Counted from the first letter of the stretch, positions 1 to 12,932 are shown. The stretch is DNA of 64,000 nt from Octopus vulgaris (GCA_951406725.2 OX597819.1:113026001-113090000); one strand, 5' to 3'. Program-made: numbers and translations. The notes: generated from the letters alone by a model not told the origin.

Positions 1-128
1 TTTATCTCTGTATATTTATACATGCGTATATATGTGTGTTTGTGTGTTTGTGGAAGAGAGTGTGCATGGATGTGTTGTGTATGAGAGTGCATTATTTGTT
101 TGTGTGTGTCTGTGTATGTGTGTGTGTA

Positions 129-165
<37 letters not shown>

Positions 166-287
166 CTGTGTCTGTGTGTATGTGTGTGTATGTGTTTGTG
201 TGTGTTTGTGTGTTTGTGGAAGAGAGTGTGCATGGATATGTGTGTATGAGAGCGCATTTTTTGTTTACTTGTGTGTGTGTGTTTGAG

Positions 288-346
<59 letters not shown>

Positions 347-793
347 ATATCTTACTTTCAATCATCGTCGGCAGTTTGTCTGTCTGAGTCAGTCTAACTG
401 CATGTCTGCATCACTGTATTGTTCCTGTTTGCCTTTTGACTTTCAGTGGTTTCCTTTGTTTAACCTCTCTGTCTTTCTCTTTCTCCTCCACATTATATAT
501 CCAAATGAGAACACACACACAAACACATACCACTCAAACATACACAGAAACACACACTGATAAACATACATACATATATTTAAGAAGCGATGCCTTGCAG
601 AACACTCAATGTGTTAGTAATGTTAGTATATTCTTTAATACACATTAATAGAATGGCTTTAAAATGCCTCGTTCTCTATCAGAGATATGTCAGTCACATT
701 TGCCTGTCAACTGGTAGTATTTTCCAATCTTTTGTCTCCGCATGGTGACATTATGTATCATGAGTTCGAACCATATTGCCTCTCTGTCGTTTC

Positions 794-1209
794 TTATTTC
801 TTTATTGCCCACAAGGGGCTAAACATAGAGGGGACAAACATGGATAGACAAAGGGATTAAGTCGATTACATCGACCTCAGTGCGTAACTTGTACTAAATT
901 TATCGAGCCCGAAAGGGTGAAAGGCAAAGTCGACCTCGGCGGAATTTCAACTCAGAACGTAACGGCAGACGAAATACCTATTTCTTTACTACCCACAAGG
1001 GGCTAAACACAGAGAGAACAAACAAGGACAGACAAACGGACTAAGTCGATTATAACGACCCAGTGCATAACTGGTACTTATTTAATCGACCGCGAAAGGA
1101 TGAAAGGCAAAGTAGACCTCGGCCGAATTTGAACTCAGAACGTAACGGCAGACGAAATACCGCTAAGCATTTCGTCCGGCGTGCTAACGTTTCTGCCAGC
1201 ACGCCGCCT
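794..1209 (-). mobile_element. tRNA-headed SINE family A, internally duplicated (dimeric) copy
   Basis: Head GGCG..GCTGGCAGAA..GTTAGCAC..GAGTTCAAAT (A/B-box-like); body GTCGACTTTGCCTTTCATCC..GTCGAT..AAGTACCAG present twice; near-identical copies at 8607, 15609, 18240 and 52865. Confidence 0.85.
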
Positions 1210-1670
1210 CCTGTCTTGACGTATGTAAGGACCAGGAACTCGAAACATTGTTATATTAAATGAATGCCACATATCTTAAATAATATATATTCGTTATTGT
1301 TGATGACTTTCTCGGTGCTATTTGTATTCACACGATGCTTCTAGATGTATTTTTCTGCAAGCGAAACTAAAACACACGAAAGCGTTTTGCCGCGACGCAA
1401 AGAGAAAACCATCATTTGATTTCACAGACTTACATAACAACACCGAGGCGTTGTTGAACTGAACCTTTGTAATGAATCCAGTATCACTATGGAAGAATTC
1501 ATTTGTGCTTGGGTGGCGGCCACTACTAACTGCTCTATGAGACAATATAATTGTTCACGTATGTTTTTTTTTTCAAAGAACTACTCAACAACAACATGAG
1601 TTCGAGCCTTATTCGATCCCTGTCGTTTCTACTCTTGATTTGAGAGCCACTTGTCAGACACACTGATATG

Positions 1671-1730
<60 letters not shown>

Positions 1731-1731
<1 letters not shown>

Positions 1732-1942
1732 TAAGGGCCGGTTTCCCAGTTTCCTTGGCATATAGGTTCCCCACCAGGTCCGTCGCCGGTGAGCTGCAAG
1801 ATGCAAGAGGAAAGCGTAAGATAAAGTTGTGGCGAAAGAGTCAGCAGAAGTTCGTCATTACCTTCTGCCGGATCCACGTGGAGCTTAGGTGTTTTCGCTC
1901 TTAAACACACACATTAATCGGTCTGAGATTCGAACCCGCGAT

Positions 1943-1944
<2 letters not shown>
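1731..1944 (-). mobile_element. SINE family C, degenerate and 5'-truncated
   Basis: Matches the reverse complement of 28880-29180 (GTTCGA box, GAGCGAAAACACCTAA, GAAACCGG tail). Confidence 0.7.
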
Positions 1945-1984
<40 letters not shown>

Positions 1985-1991
<7 letters not shown>

Positions 1992-2210
1992 AGTAGTGAT
2001 GCTGAAGATCGCACTGCATTTAAATTGATCTAATTGTTACAGTGTTCAATTAAACGAAGCCGCTTGAAACGGTCGTACTGCATCACTACTTGATATCCTG
2101 TTGTTTATTTTGATTTTATTCTCTTTACTTCGAGCTGTGCGGATAATACCGGACTGACTGTGTGCTTCAACTTAAGTACCTAATTCAAATGAGTTTCAAT
2201 TATTTCTTAC
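1985..2210 (+). mobile_element. Penelope-like terminal-repeat fragment with degenerate hammerhead and fold-back arm
   Basis: CTGAAGA..GAAAC GGTC GTA enclosed by the inverted repeat ATATCAAGTAGTGATGC/GCATCACTACTTGATAT; tail GGATAATACC..AACTTAAGTACC shared with 44968-45150 and 58975-59265. Confidence 0.6.
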
Positions 2211-2231
2211 ATGTATATATGTATATATATA

Positions 2232-2515
2232 TACTTGCTGAATTACCCGGTAATACCCGGAAAAGCATGGGTTATTTCCAGTTCCCATTCCCATTATACA
2301 GTTTCATGTCATATCCTGTTCCTTGTTCAGTTCATGTTTTAGTTCCGCTCCCATTACTATCCCCAATCCTATGTCAATATATAAATTTTTAAATCAGTTG
2401 GGTGTAATTAAGCCGTTAAGTATTTTATTAAATTCCATGGTAATAATTTATTGCTAAAAATAGGTATTACAAACTATTAATACGATTAGCGGGTGAATAA
2501 GGAATGTCCCTATAT
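2232..2515 (+). mobile_element. Possible non-autonomous Helitron/Helentron-like fragment
   Basis: Starts ACTTGCTGAATTACCCGGTAATACCCGG, resembling ACTAGC..ACCCGG..CCCGG termini; internal low-complexity tract; no protein evidence. Confidence 0.3.
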
Positions 2516-2522
2516 TATTTTA

Positions 2523-2685
2523 GGCGTAGGAGTGGCTGTGTGGTAAGTCGCTTGCTTACGAACCACATGCTTCCGGGTTCAGTCACACTACGTGACACCT
2601 TGGGCACGTGTCTTCTACTAAAGCCTCGGGCCGACCAAAGCCTTGTGAGTGGATTTGGTAGACGGAAACTGAAAGAAGCCCGTCG

Positions 2686-2757
<72 letters not shown>

Positions 2758-3008
2758 TGTGTGTATATGTTTGTGTGTCTGTGTTTGTTCCACCAACATC
2801 GCTTGACAACTGATGCATATCGCTTGACAACTTAGATGCATATTCGTTTACTCTTTTTACTCTTTTTCTTGTTTCAGTTATTTGACTGTGGCCATGCTGG
2901 AGTACCACCTTTAGTCGAGCAAATCAACTATTTGCTCGACTAAAGGCGGTGCTCCAGCATGGCTATAGTCAAATGACTGAAACAAGTAAACGAGTAAAGA
3001 GAGTAAAC
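2523..3008 (+). mobile_element. CORE-type SINE family B with inverted duplication of its tail
   Basis: tRNA-like head GGAGTGGCTGTGTGGTAAG..GGGTTCAGTC, CORE-like ACCTTGGGCA.GT, internal (TA)n(TG)n; tail present in both orientations. Confidence 0.85.
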
Positions 3009-3365
3009 GAATATGTATCTGAGTAAAATAACTTAGCTAAATAAATAGATTTACAAATACATTGACGAATAGTCCGCGTATTGTAACTGGCGTTGTCACG
3101 TGTCGTAGCTTATCGTAGCTGATTTGTAAACATGCGTTACAGCGCTCCCTCCCTAGGGAGCCCATTATAGATTTTTATTGAAATCCAATTTGCCTATAAT
3201 TCAACTGGATGTTAGGAACAAATAAATAACAAAATCGGATTTAACGTGGAAAATTATTTCAATATACCAAATTTCAAAATTTTGACGTAATTTTAAAATC
3301 TCACAATATGTGGCAGCAACAGGGAAGATCCTACAAAAGTAGAGAGACAGACAGTTATAGGACGT

Positions 3366-3410
<45 letters not shown>

Positions 3411-3500
3411 TTACAAATGTACACAGGTAATCACGAGTTTAAAATGGTGTATAGTAGATATATGTATGTATGTATGTATGTAGGTATGTACGTGTGTATG

Positions 3501-3586
<86 letters not shown>

Positions 3587-3600
3587 CATACATACATATA

Positions 3601-3767
3601 TACGACGGGCTTCTTTCAGTTTCTGTCTACCAAATCTACTCACAAGGCTTCGGTCGGCCCGAGGTTATAGTAGAAGACACTTGCCCAAGGTGCTACGCAG
3701 TGGGACTGAACCCGAAACCATGTGGTTCGTAAGCAAGCTACTTGCCACAAAGCTACTCCTACGCCTA
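3601..3767 (-). mobile_element. SINE family B, 5' half
   Basis: Reverse complement of the family B head and CORE segment. Confidence 0.85.
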
Positions 3768-4659
3768 CACTTATATTCTTTTCAAAATTCGGTGCAACAC
3801 CTGAACTAAAAGTATAACTCAATGTATAGGGAAAAATTACATTTAGGTTACACTGCGGCACAGCTAGCATCGTCTCGTGACACACCAGCATGCCGCAGCA
3901 TACCGGTTGCAGAGCACTCGTTTTGAACACATTTTCTAGTTCCCTCTTACGTTGGGAATAAGCACTGCTATCCTTAATAAGTTGCTTGGCCGTTGACTGT
4001 GCTGCCGAGCTGCAGTCGTCATCATCTCTGAGTTTCGAAACGATATTATGATGGATACTGTACCGCTAATGTAGATTCAATGTAGGTCTGCAGTTACATA
4101 CTTCCAGTCTGTTAAACCCGTGTATGTTACGCCTCCGCTGTCGTCATTGGACCTTCGAGAACAAATCATTTTACTGGGGCGTTAGTATATTTCGAGTGCA
4201 TAAGACTTGCTCTGCATGTTGCAAAGTTTACTGATAACACAAATACAGGAAACAGCTGACATTTACGGTAGTCTCAGGTTTTTTTGGGTGGCGAGAATCT
4301 TTCTCTCTCACCAAGATCCCTGTTGGTTTGTTTACGTTCCCGTGACGGTTCGACAAAAGATATCGATAGAATAAGTGCCAAGCTTAAAAATAGGAATAAA
4401 TACAATAAGTACTAAGGTCTATTTGTTTGACTATGCCTTTCAATACTGTGCTCCAACACGGTCGCAGTCCAAAGACTGAAACAAGTGAAAGATAAAAGTG
4501 TGTACAACACGTAGACACGTACAAAAATACTCAGTAAAAAAGCTGACAAACGGATGTAACGGTTCATTATGAACGGAGTTTTCCGTTATCTACAAGACAT
4601 TAGTGATAATAGCAGACGATAAATATACAATTCCTGGAGCTCATAACACGCGCGCGCGT

Positions 4660-4699
<40 letters not shown>

Positions 4700-5344
4700 A
4701 CACACCACACACACACACACTCACATACTTACACACACACGCACGCTCGCTGCTTGCATACTCACATGTATACATACTGAGATATACGCTGAAACGCGCA
4801 TACGTTGTAAGGGATGTAATGGCAGGGTACACATTTTGCCACTGTGTGTTAGTGCGTACCTTCAATAATAGTGTAATAGTGATACTCCTTTCATGTGGTG
4901 TCGTGCGTTGTGGTGTGGCGTATTCAACGCCGTATGATGAGATTAAAGTCTTTGATGTCAAACCGCTTGAGACCACCTCTGATTCTATGACACAAACTTC
5001 CTCTTTTAATGATCTGAATCTAAATCCACCATCAAAATTTCGTGTTAATGTGTTCCAAACAGGAGCGTAGTAACGACAGAAATATTTTACTAAATTTTTC
5101 AGTATTTTAAAACTTAATTGAAACAAAGTGTGTTTTAACAGAAATATGGGAACGAAAGGGTAACGTGATGTAATGTTTGACGCAGCCGCTCTCAAATTAC
5201 GCCCCGAGGGATATCACGGTACACTGAAGACTTTTAAAAATACGATTCGTGATTTTTAAAACCGAATACTAAATGCATGAGGGTTTTGCAAAACACGCCA
5301 TTCATGAATTTTTTTTCATATCTTTGATCGTTTCCTTTTTAATA

Positions 5345-5670
5345 GATTCAGGGCACCGCCTTGAAAGGTTTGAATCGAACAAGTCGATCCCAATACTTAT
5401 ATTTAAATCTAATACTTTTCCATGAGTTGCTTTTGTCGAACCACTAAGTTACAAGGAAGTAAAGAAACCCATACCGGTTTTCAAGCGGTGGTGGGGCGCA
5501 AATACAAAGACACACGCGCACATATGCAACGAACTTCCACGCAGTTTCCATCTACCAAATCCACGCACAAAGATTTGGTTGACCCGGGACAATAGTAGAA
5601 GGCACTTGCCCAAGGTGCCGCGCAGGAAGACTAAACCTGAAACCACGTGGCTGGAGAGCGGCCATGCACG
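5345..5670 (-). mobile_element. SINE family B, diverged copy
   Basis: GCACCGCCTTG tail through CACTTGCCCAAGGTGCC head. Confidence 0.75.
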
Positions 5671-5989
5671 ATAAATAAATCAAGATAAGAAATACGTTTA
5701 TGAATTTTTGTTGCAGGATTCTTGATGTGAAACCATGTGTTGAAACAGATTTGTTATATTTCGGGATGGGCATTTATTTATTTATTTATTTATTTATTTA
5801 TTGCTGCCCTCGGACCCCACAAAAAACACATATTGCCTACAGCAGACCCAAATGTGCCGCCCGGGGCGGATTGCCCCTGCAGCCCCCCACCGTCCCGACA
5901 GCTACGCCAGTGCCGAAGGGGGTCTCTTTCAGTGCGTTTGATATCACTGGTGGTTTTAAAGTAGTGTGGTATAGTATATTTAATAGTTT

Positions 5990-6208
5990 CAATCATTTGA
6001 CTGCGGCCATGCTGGAGCACTTCCCTAAAGGACTTTTTAGTCAAAGAAATCGACCCTGGGACATATTCGTTGTAAGCTTAGTAATTATTCTATCGATCTC
6101 TTTTGTCGAACCACTACATTACGGGGACATAAGCACACCAACATCGATTGTCAAGCGATGGTGTGGGGTGGGGACAAACACAGACATAAAGACACATACA
6201 CATAAATG

Positions 6209-6267
<59 letters not shown>

Positions 6268-6837
6268 CCTTCTTTCTCTCTCTCTCTCTCTCTCTCTTAT
6301 TCTCACGTGACCTGGTCAATCCTCGGCGCCCTCTGTCTTCCACCCTCTTTAATTCCTTCTCTCTCTGTCTCTCTTTCTCTCTCTCTCTCTACCCTGTTGT
6401 GACCTGCTGCTTAACAAGCCATTTCGTTGGTGACCGCGGCCCGCTCAACATCGTTCCCCCTCTGCCGAAAAGGCAATTTTCCAAACACGCCTGCTAGATA
6501 AGTTATATTTGTCTCATTTTGTCTGAAGTCGTAAGACACCTGCTGTTATCCTGTTATTAACCATTCTTGTTTTTTTATTTTTGTTTTCATTCTTTGTATT
6601 TATATTCGTCCCTGTTGCGTTTACATTCGCTCCTTTTTCCAAGAAATCTAATGCTCACAGCTTAGTTTTTCCTTGGGGCTGGCCGCGTTGGAGCAAATAT
6701 CAGAATTAATCAGCCGAAATTTGCTATGATGATCCGGTTTCTGACTGAAGATTAAAGGCTTCGAATGACCCGTTTGTTTTCTGTGTTCGTCCCTTTGTGT
6801 ATTTCACGTTCTTGTTTCTTTATATATAATTTTTATT

Positions 6838-6908
<71 letters not shown>

Positions 6909-7060
6909 GACGGGCTTCTTTCATTTTCTGTTTACCAAATCCACTCACGGGGTTTTGGTCGGTCCAAGACAATAGTAGAAGACACTTGCTCAAGAACACC
7001 TGTGGAATTGAACCCGGAACCATGCAGTTGGGAAGAAAGCTTCTTACCATACAGCCACTA
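5990..7060 (-). mobile_element. SINE family B split by about 650 bp of other repeat inserted in its internal (TA)n
   Basis: Tail half 5990-6200 and head half 6905-7060, same orientation, each bounded by (TA)n. Confidence 0.6.
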
Positions 7061-8606
7061 TGGTGTAGTATGTTTAAAATGAAGCGGTGTATTTAAGTCG
7101 TTTGGTGAATGCTTTTGTTTTTATTTTGTTGTTTTTTTTCTCTCTTTTGTAGCCTTAGATTAGATGTGATTGAATAAACGAATGATTGATCAGCCACTGA
7201 AGCACTCAACCACCGATTCTCCCCGATAAAGGTTATTCTATAACTGTCAAAGAGGCAAAGCATAACACTTCATGTCAAGAAAGATAAATTAATAGAAAGA
7301 CAAGAAGAAAGTTACATAAAAGAGAAACGGATGCTGGCTTAAAACCCTATATAGAGAGTGAAAGGGAAAATGCCACAGAGAGAGACAGAAGGTGAGAGAA
7401 AGAGAGAGAGGAGGGGAGGGAGAGGGAAAGAAAGAGAGAGAGGGAGAGAAAGAGAGAACGGGAAAGAGAGGGAGAGAGGGAGAGAGAAAGAGAGAGTAGG
7501 GTACAAACATTTTCTGTAAGTACAAAATATTTTCTGAACAACGACAGAGGGAAAAGCCAAAGCGAAAGGAAGAAAGGAAACAAAGGATGGAAGGAAGGAA
7601 GGAAGGAAGGAAGGAAGGAAGGAAGGAAGGAAGGAAGGAAGGAAGGAAGGCAGGAAGGAAGGATGGAAGGAAAGGAGAGAAAGAAAGAGAAAAAAAGCAA
7701 CCACGAAAGGAGAACAGAAACATTTATTGGTATGACATCTTAAGTTCGTGTGCTGTTGAAAGAAAGGTCTTTGACGTTTCGGGTAATGTTCTTTTTTTTT
7801 TCAACGAGCGAGAAAAGGTTTTCTTTGTCCGTAGTCCATGAAGGCGTGGACACAAAAGAGACTGACAAGGGAATGACAGAGAATAAATTGTCACGCAATC
7901 TTGGGAAGAAAATGGTCAAAGAGAAAGGAGTTATTAGAGAGAATGAAAATAAATTTGGCTGAGAGTAATGAAGGAGGGGAGATAGGATAAGGTTAAGAAA
8001 AAAAATGAAGTGTTGGGACGAGAAGGGATGAAAGAAAAATCTGTCATTTTGAAGTACAGGACTGATTTTAGTGAGGCTAACAGTCACCGCATTAGGCAAC
8101 CTTTCAATAGCATTATTCACACATGCATGCACATACATAAACACACCCACGCATCTGCACATATGCGCATATAAATCGATCGCAGTCAGGCAGTTTGTTA
8201 GATGTTTATACATAACCTCACACACATGTATACATACAAATAGCTGACATAATAATATGCATTCATAGGTACGTGGTGTCATACATGTATACGGGTAATG
8301 GAAGTTGGGTTACTAACTCATATGTCTTCACAAGCACACGCACACATACACGTGCACACACGTGCGCGCACACACAGAGGGTTGCAAGATCTAGAGATGA
8401 TGTTACGTATGGCACTCGCACTTGTTGTCATGCGAATATATATATTCAATATGTGCGTGTATAAGTGACTCTTATCGCCACATCAATATGGCTGTTCCAT
8501 TGGAACCGACGTTACTACAGTTTTTAACCCCAGGAAGAGCCTCCTCCAGTTGGTTATCGATGCAATCAGCACCCAGTATATATTACAAGCGTGGGAGCGA
8601 ACCCTT

Positions 8607-9004
8607 CTTATTTCTTTGTTGCCCACAAGGGGCTAAACACAGAGAGGACAGACAAACGGATTAAGTTGATTATATCGACCCCACTGGTACTTATTTTATC
8701 GACCCCGAAAGGATGAAAGGCGAAGTAGACCTCGGCGGAATTTGAACTCAGAACGTAGCGGCAGACGAAATACCTATTTCTTTACTGCCCACAAGGGGCT
8801 AATCGCAGAGAGGACAAACAAGGACAGACAAACGGATTAAGTCGATTATATCGACCACAGTGCGTAACTGGTACTTAATCAATCGAGCCCGAAAGGATGA
8901 AAGGCAAAGTCGACCTCGGCGGAATTTGAACCCATAACGTAAAGACACGAAATACTGCTGAGCATTTCGCCCGGCGTGCTACGTTTCTGCTAACTTGCCG
9001 CCTT
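8607..9004 (-). mobile_element. SINE family A dimer
   Basis: Same structure as 794-1209. Confidence 0.85.
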
Positions 9005-9012
9005 ACCATTAT

Positions 9013-9092
9013 CTAGCAGACAACGGGATCACCATATTGTAGGGTTTCGGGCTATTTATGTCCATCGTCAGTGGTGAACACCCGTCCGCTAG
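9013..9092 (-). ncRNA. Type I hammerhead ribozyme motif with 1-2 stem mismatches
   Basis: Minus strand reads UCACCA CUGACGA U GGAC auaaaua GCCC GAAAC ccuaca AUA UGGUGA; stem I extends via CUAGCGGAC/GUCUGCUAG. Confidence 0.65.
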
Positions 9093-9715
9093 AGATATCA
9101 GTAATTCGCTCCAGTTCGCAATATACAGAAAACCAAGCAACTGATTTTTTTTTACTTTCTTGTTGCGCATTTGGAATGTAGATAGAAAGATGAGATGTTA
9201 TACTGAGCGGAAGATGGAAAGATTAGAGAAAGATTAAATATGAGTTGGAAGAACAAGTTGGCGAACACAAAAGCTTAATTCGTAAACTGTACTAACATAA
9301 ATTTTGTTTTTATAACCCATTTTGAATCACTCTTTCCCAGCCCTTTCTCACCAGAATATACATTTTGCTCTCGACATATCTCATTGACTGCGATTCTTCT
9401 AACCTCATTGTTGATTTTTCTTTCTTGCTTCCATCACTCTCTGTATAAGAACCATATCTGTAAGAGAATCTCTGAATCTAAGCAACAAGTTCAACATAAT
9501 ATTAGATATATAAGTGAAAAAATGATGGATTGGTCACTGGTGAGGTGCTTTTGGTCGTAGGTCTACTGAATTGGACCGACCTGGGGTTAAACTATAACTT
9601 GTACTTTACCATTAATAACATTACCACTATCATCATCATCATCACCAATACTATCGCCAGTGAGAAACATCGACAATGCGTTGATGAAGAAGCCTCTAGA
9701 TAGTCACCCGATGTA

Positions 9716-10215
9716 TTGGGTTGTCCGGAAAGTTCTTGCCGATTTTTAAAGGAAAGAAAAAGGTCAATAAATATTTGCCATTACATTTTTAATCAACCAA
9801 ATATGAAACATTTTGTTGCACAATGCCTCTCCATCTTTCCTTTAACTTGAGAATATCTTCTTCCCAGAATTGAGGTGGTTTCATGGCAAAGAATTCATCA
9901 AGGTGTTTTTTTACGTCATCCAAAGAATTGAAATTTTTACCATTAAGACTATTCTGCAGAGACCTGAATAAGTGGAAATCCAAAGGAGCAATATCTGGTG
10001 ACTATGGAGGGTGGGGTAACACATCCCAGCCGAGCTGCAGCAATTTCTGTCTGGTTCCCAAAGCATCAAGTGCCGAAAATGAACTTTCTTATCTTCCATT
10101 TTAAAGGGTTACAGAATTAACACAGGTTATAGGAACATAAATCTTCTTCCACGAAAAGATAGCTTAAATTGTGCTCTAAATGGAAGTGTAGTCAAATCCT
10201 ATTTTATGGGCTCAA
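9716..10215 (-). mobile_element. Internally deleted mariner element
   Basis: TA then TTGGGTTG terminus; C-terminus HPPYSPDIAPLDFHLFRSLQNSL..RW..GSY-like; N-terminus MEDKKVHFRHLML joined directly to it. Confidence 0.9.
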
Positions 10216-10570
10216 CAATAACACAATCCCCAACACCCTGAATAACAACTACAACAACAACGCTAACAAGTACTACTACAGTACCACCAATTACCAACAC
10301 CATTAAAACAACAACAGCAACAATCACATAATCAATTACAAAAGTACTAATGCCACCACTACCACCGCCACCTCCACTACCACCACCGCCACTGCTACTA
10401 CCACCACCACTACAGCAACATCTCTACGACCAATGTACCAGGCATGAGTGATTTATTAAAAGACGAGAGGAAATATTAATCATGTTATCATCCTATTAAC
10501 ATCTAGCATGCATCACATATCTAAGTGGACATTCAGCCGCTACTTCTTCTTCTTCTTATTATTATTATTC

Positions 10571-10639
<69 letters not shown>

Positions 10640-10641
<2 letters not shown>

Positions 10642-10651
10642 ATCGTTATTG

Positions 10652-10702
<51 letters not shown>

Positions 10703-10874
10703 CATTGTTGTTATTATTATTATTATCATTATTATTATTATTATTATTATACCCTTCATCTATGCCCCTGTGGCAAATAAAAGATTCCCCTCACACCTCC
10801 TCCTCTCTTCTTCCTCTTTCTCCTCTTCTACCTCCTTCTCTTCCTCCTCGTCATCATTATCATTATCATTACCA

Positions 10875-10945
<71 letters not shown>

Positions 10946-11119
10946 CATTGTTGTTATTATTATTATTATCATTATTATTATTATTATTATACCCTTCATC
11001 TATGCCCCTGTGGCAAATAAAAGATTCCCCTCACACCTCCTCCTCTCTTCTTCCTCTTTCTCCTCTTCTACCTCCTTCTCTTCCTCCTCGTCATCATTAT
11101 CATTATCATTACCATTATC

Positions 11120-11165
<46 letters not shown>
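10640..11165. repeat. Tandem duplication with 240-bp period between (ATT)n tracts
   Basis: ACCCTTCATCTATGCCCCTGTGGCAAATAAAAG at 10751 and 10991, almost identical. Confidence 0.9.
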
Positions 11166-11166
<1 letters not shown>

Positions 11167-11717
11167 GTTCTGTCTTCATCACCAAATTATGTCCATCTTA
11201 GTCATTTTGTCATATTCACGTGTTTTTTTTTATTTGTTTTGTTCTTTTTTTACTTCATATTGTTATCATTAGTTAATATGCTTGACATTCTCCTGCTCTT
11301 CCTCCTTCACCTCCTCCTCTTCCTCATCATCATCATCATCATCATCATCGTCATTGTTGTCGTCGTCGTTGTCATCCTTCTCCCCTTCCTCTTCCCCTTC
11401 ATCATCATTATAGCCATTCACCCATCCCCCTTCTTGGAAGAGATTTGAACTCTCCGCTCCCTGATCACCTTTGAGGAAGAAAATACTTAATGAAATATAA
11501 TAGTAATAATATTATTTTAACATTCTGCTTTTTCAACCAATACTACTCTCACACACTCAGGCTGACACACACACTACGCATGCGCACACACGCATTGACA
11601 TACACACACACACGCACTCTGCATACGCACATATGAAGTTAAATATATGTCCGCCCTAAGTTTTAGAGTGAGTTTCTTTTTCAGATATATGATCCACTGA
11701 CGGTGTATATATATAAG

Positions 11718-12416
11718 GGATACGGCACTTTGGTCTAAAATGCTTTGGTCTAACTCTCTTTACTCTTTTACTCTTTTACTTGTTTCAGGTATTTGACTGC
11801 GGCCATGCTGGAGTACAGCCTTTAGTCGAGCAAATCGACCTCGGGATTTATTCTTTATAAGCCTAGTACTTATTCTATCGGTCTCTTTTGCAGAACCGCT
11901 AAGTTACGGGGACGTCAACACACCACCATCGGTTGTCAAGCGATGTTGGTGGGACAAACAGACACACAAACATATACACACACACGCATATATACGACGG
12001 GCTGCTTTCAGTTTCCGTCCACCAAATCCACTCACAAGTCTTTGGTCGGCCCGAAGCTATAATAGAAAACACTTGACCAAGGTGCCACGCAGTGGGACTG
12101 AACCCGGAACCATGCGGTTCGTAAGCAAGCTACTTGACACACAGCCACTCCTAAACCACTTTGGTTTAAAAGCATTTTCATCTGAAGACACTTTCGTCTA
12201 AGCATTTTCGTCTAAAGACAATAAAGATTATCAGAGTATAGTTATTTAGATCTTTTAAATTTTTTTCTCAGATTCTATAGACAAAAATATCTTTATACTA
12301 AAGGGCATTTAGACAAAAATGTCTTTAGACTATAGTGTATTTATACAAAAGTCACTTTAGACCAAAATTCTTCAGTCCATTAGATCAAAGTGTTTTAGAC
12401 GAAAAGTCTTAGATCC
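11718..12416. mobile_element. MULE/foldback-like MITE with subterminal tandem repeats, interrupted by SINE B
   Basis: GGAT..ATCC ends; repeats TTT(G/C)GTCTAA on the left and TTAGAC(C/G/A)AAA on the right; 9-bp flanks ATATATAAG/ATATATTAG. Confidence 0.65.
11754..12152 (-). mobile_element. SINE family B, full length
   Basis: Head, CORE-like segment and (TAAAAGAG)n tail all present. Confidence 0.9.
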
Positions 12417-12421
12417 ATATA

Positions 12422-12871
12422 TTAGAAACACCAGCGATAATAATTAATTTTATTTTATCGCATTTTGAATTTGTTTACATATTTCTCGATAAATTTTGAG
12501 CGTTAGACTATATACCAGAAATCCCTAGTTTGTCGGGTTCGTTCTGCGTCTGCGCAGTGATCTGATTAGTTAGAAAGAGCAAATTATTAGACGCAAATGC
12601 GTCTATCGAGTTGCGCTTCATAATAACAGGAATCTTACTGAAGAGCCTACCTGAGTAAATAAATTTTATTTTTATTGCTGAACAAGGCGAAACTGCAGTC
12701 TAAGATGAACAGAGTTAGTAAAAGGTTTTATCTTCATTTCACTAAATTTATCTAGCTTCTGTGTTTCTAGTACATACTTCGCCTTTAATCTACTTATATA
12801 TGAATAATATATGGCCGGTGCTAGAAACACCAGCGATAATAATTAATTTTATTTTATCGCATTTTGAATTT

Positions 12872-12878
<7 letters not shown>
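12422..12878 (+). mobile_element. About 400-bp ribozyme-bearing unit with about 57-bp terminal direct repeat (pLTR or retrozyme-like)
   Basis: TAGAAACACCAGCGATAATAATTAATTTTATTTTATCGCATTTTGAATTTGTTTA at about 12423 and 12822; hammerhead between; ends in (TA)n. Confidence 0.7.
12632..12706 (+). ncRNA. Type I hammerhead ribozyme with intact catalytic core
   Basis: Stem I AUCUUA/UAAGAU, CUGAAGA (12638-44), stem II GCCU/AGGC, GAAAC, palindromic stem III ACUGCAGU, GUC triplet; predicted cut after 12700. Confidence 0.85.

Positions 12879-12924
<46 letters not shown>

Positions 12925-12932
<8 letters not shown>

Noticed and set aside
4603-5195. Overlapping ORFs in partly unique sequence
   Set aside because: No recognisable motif or splice structure; length is inflated by (CA)n
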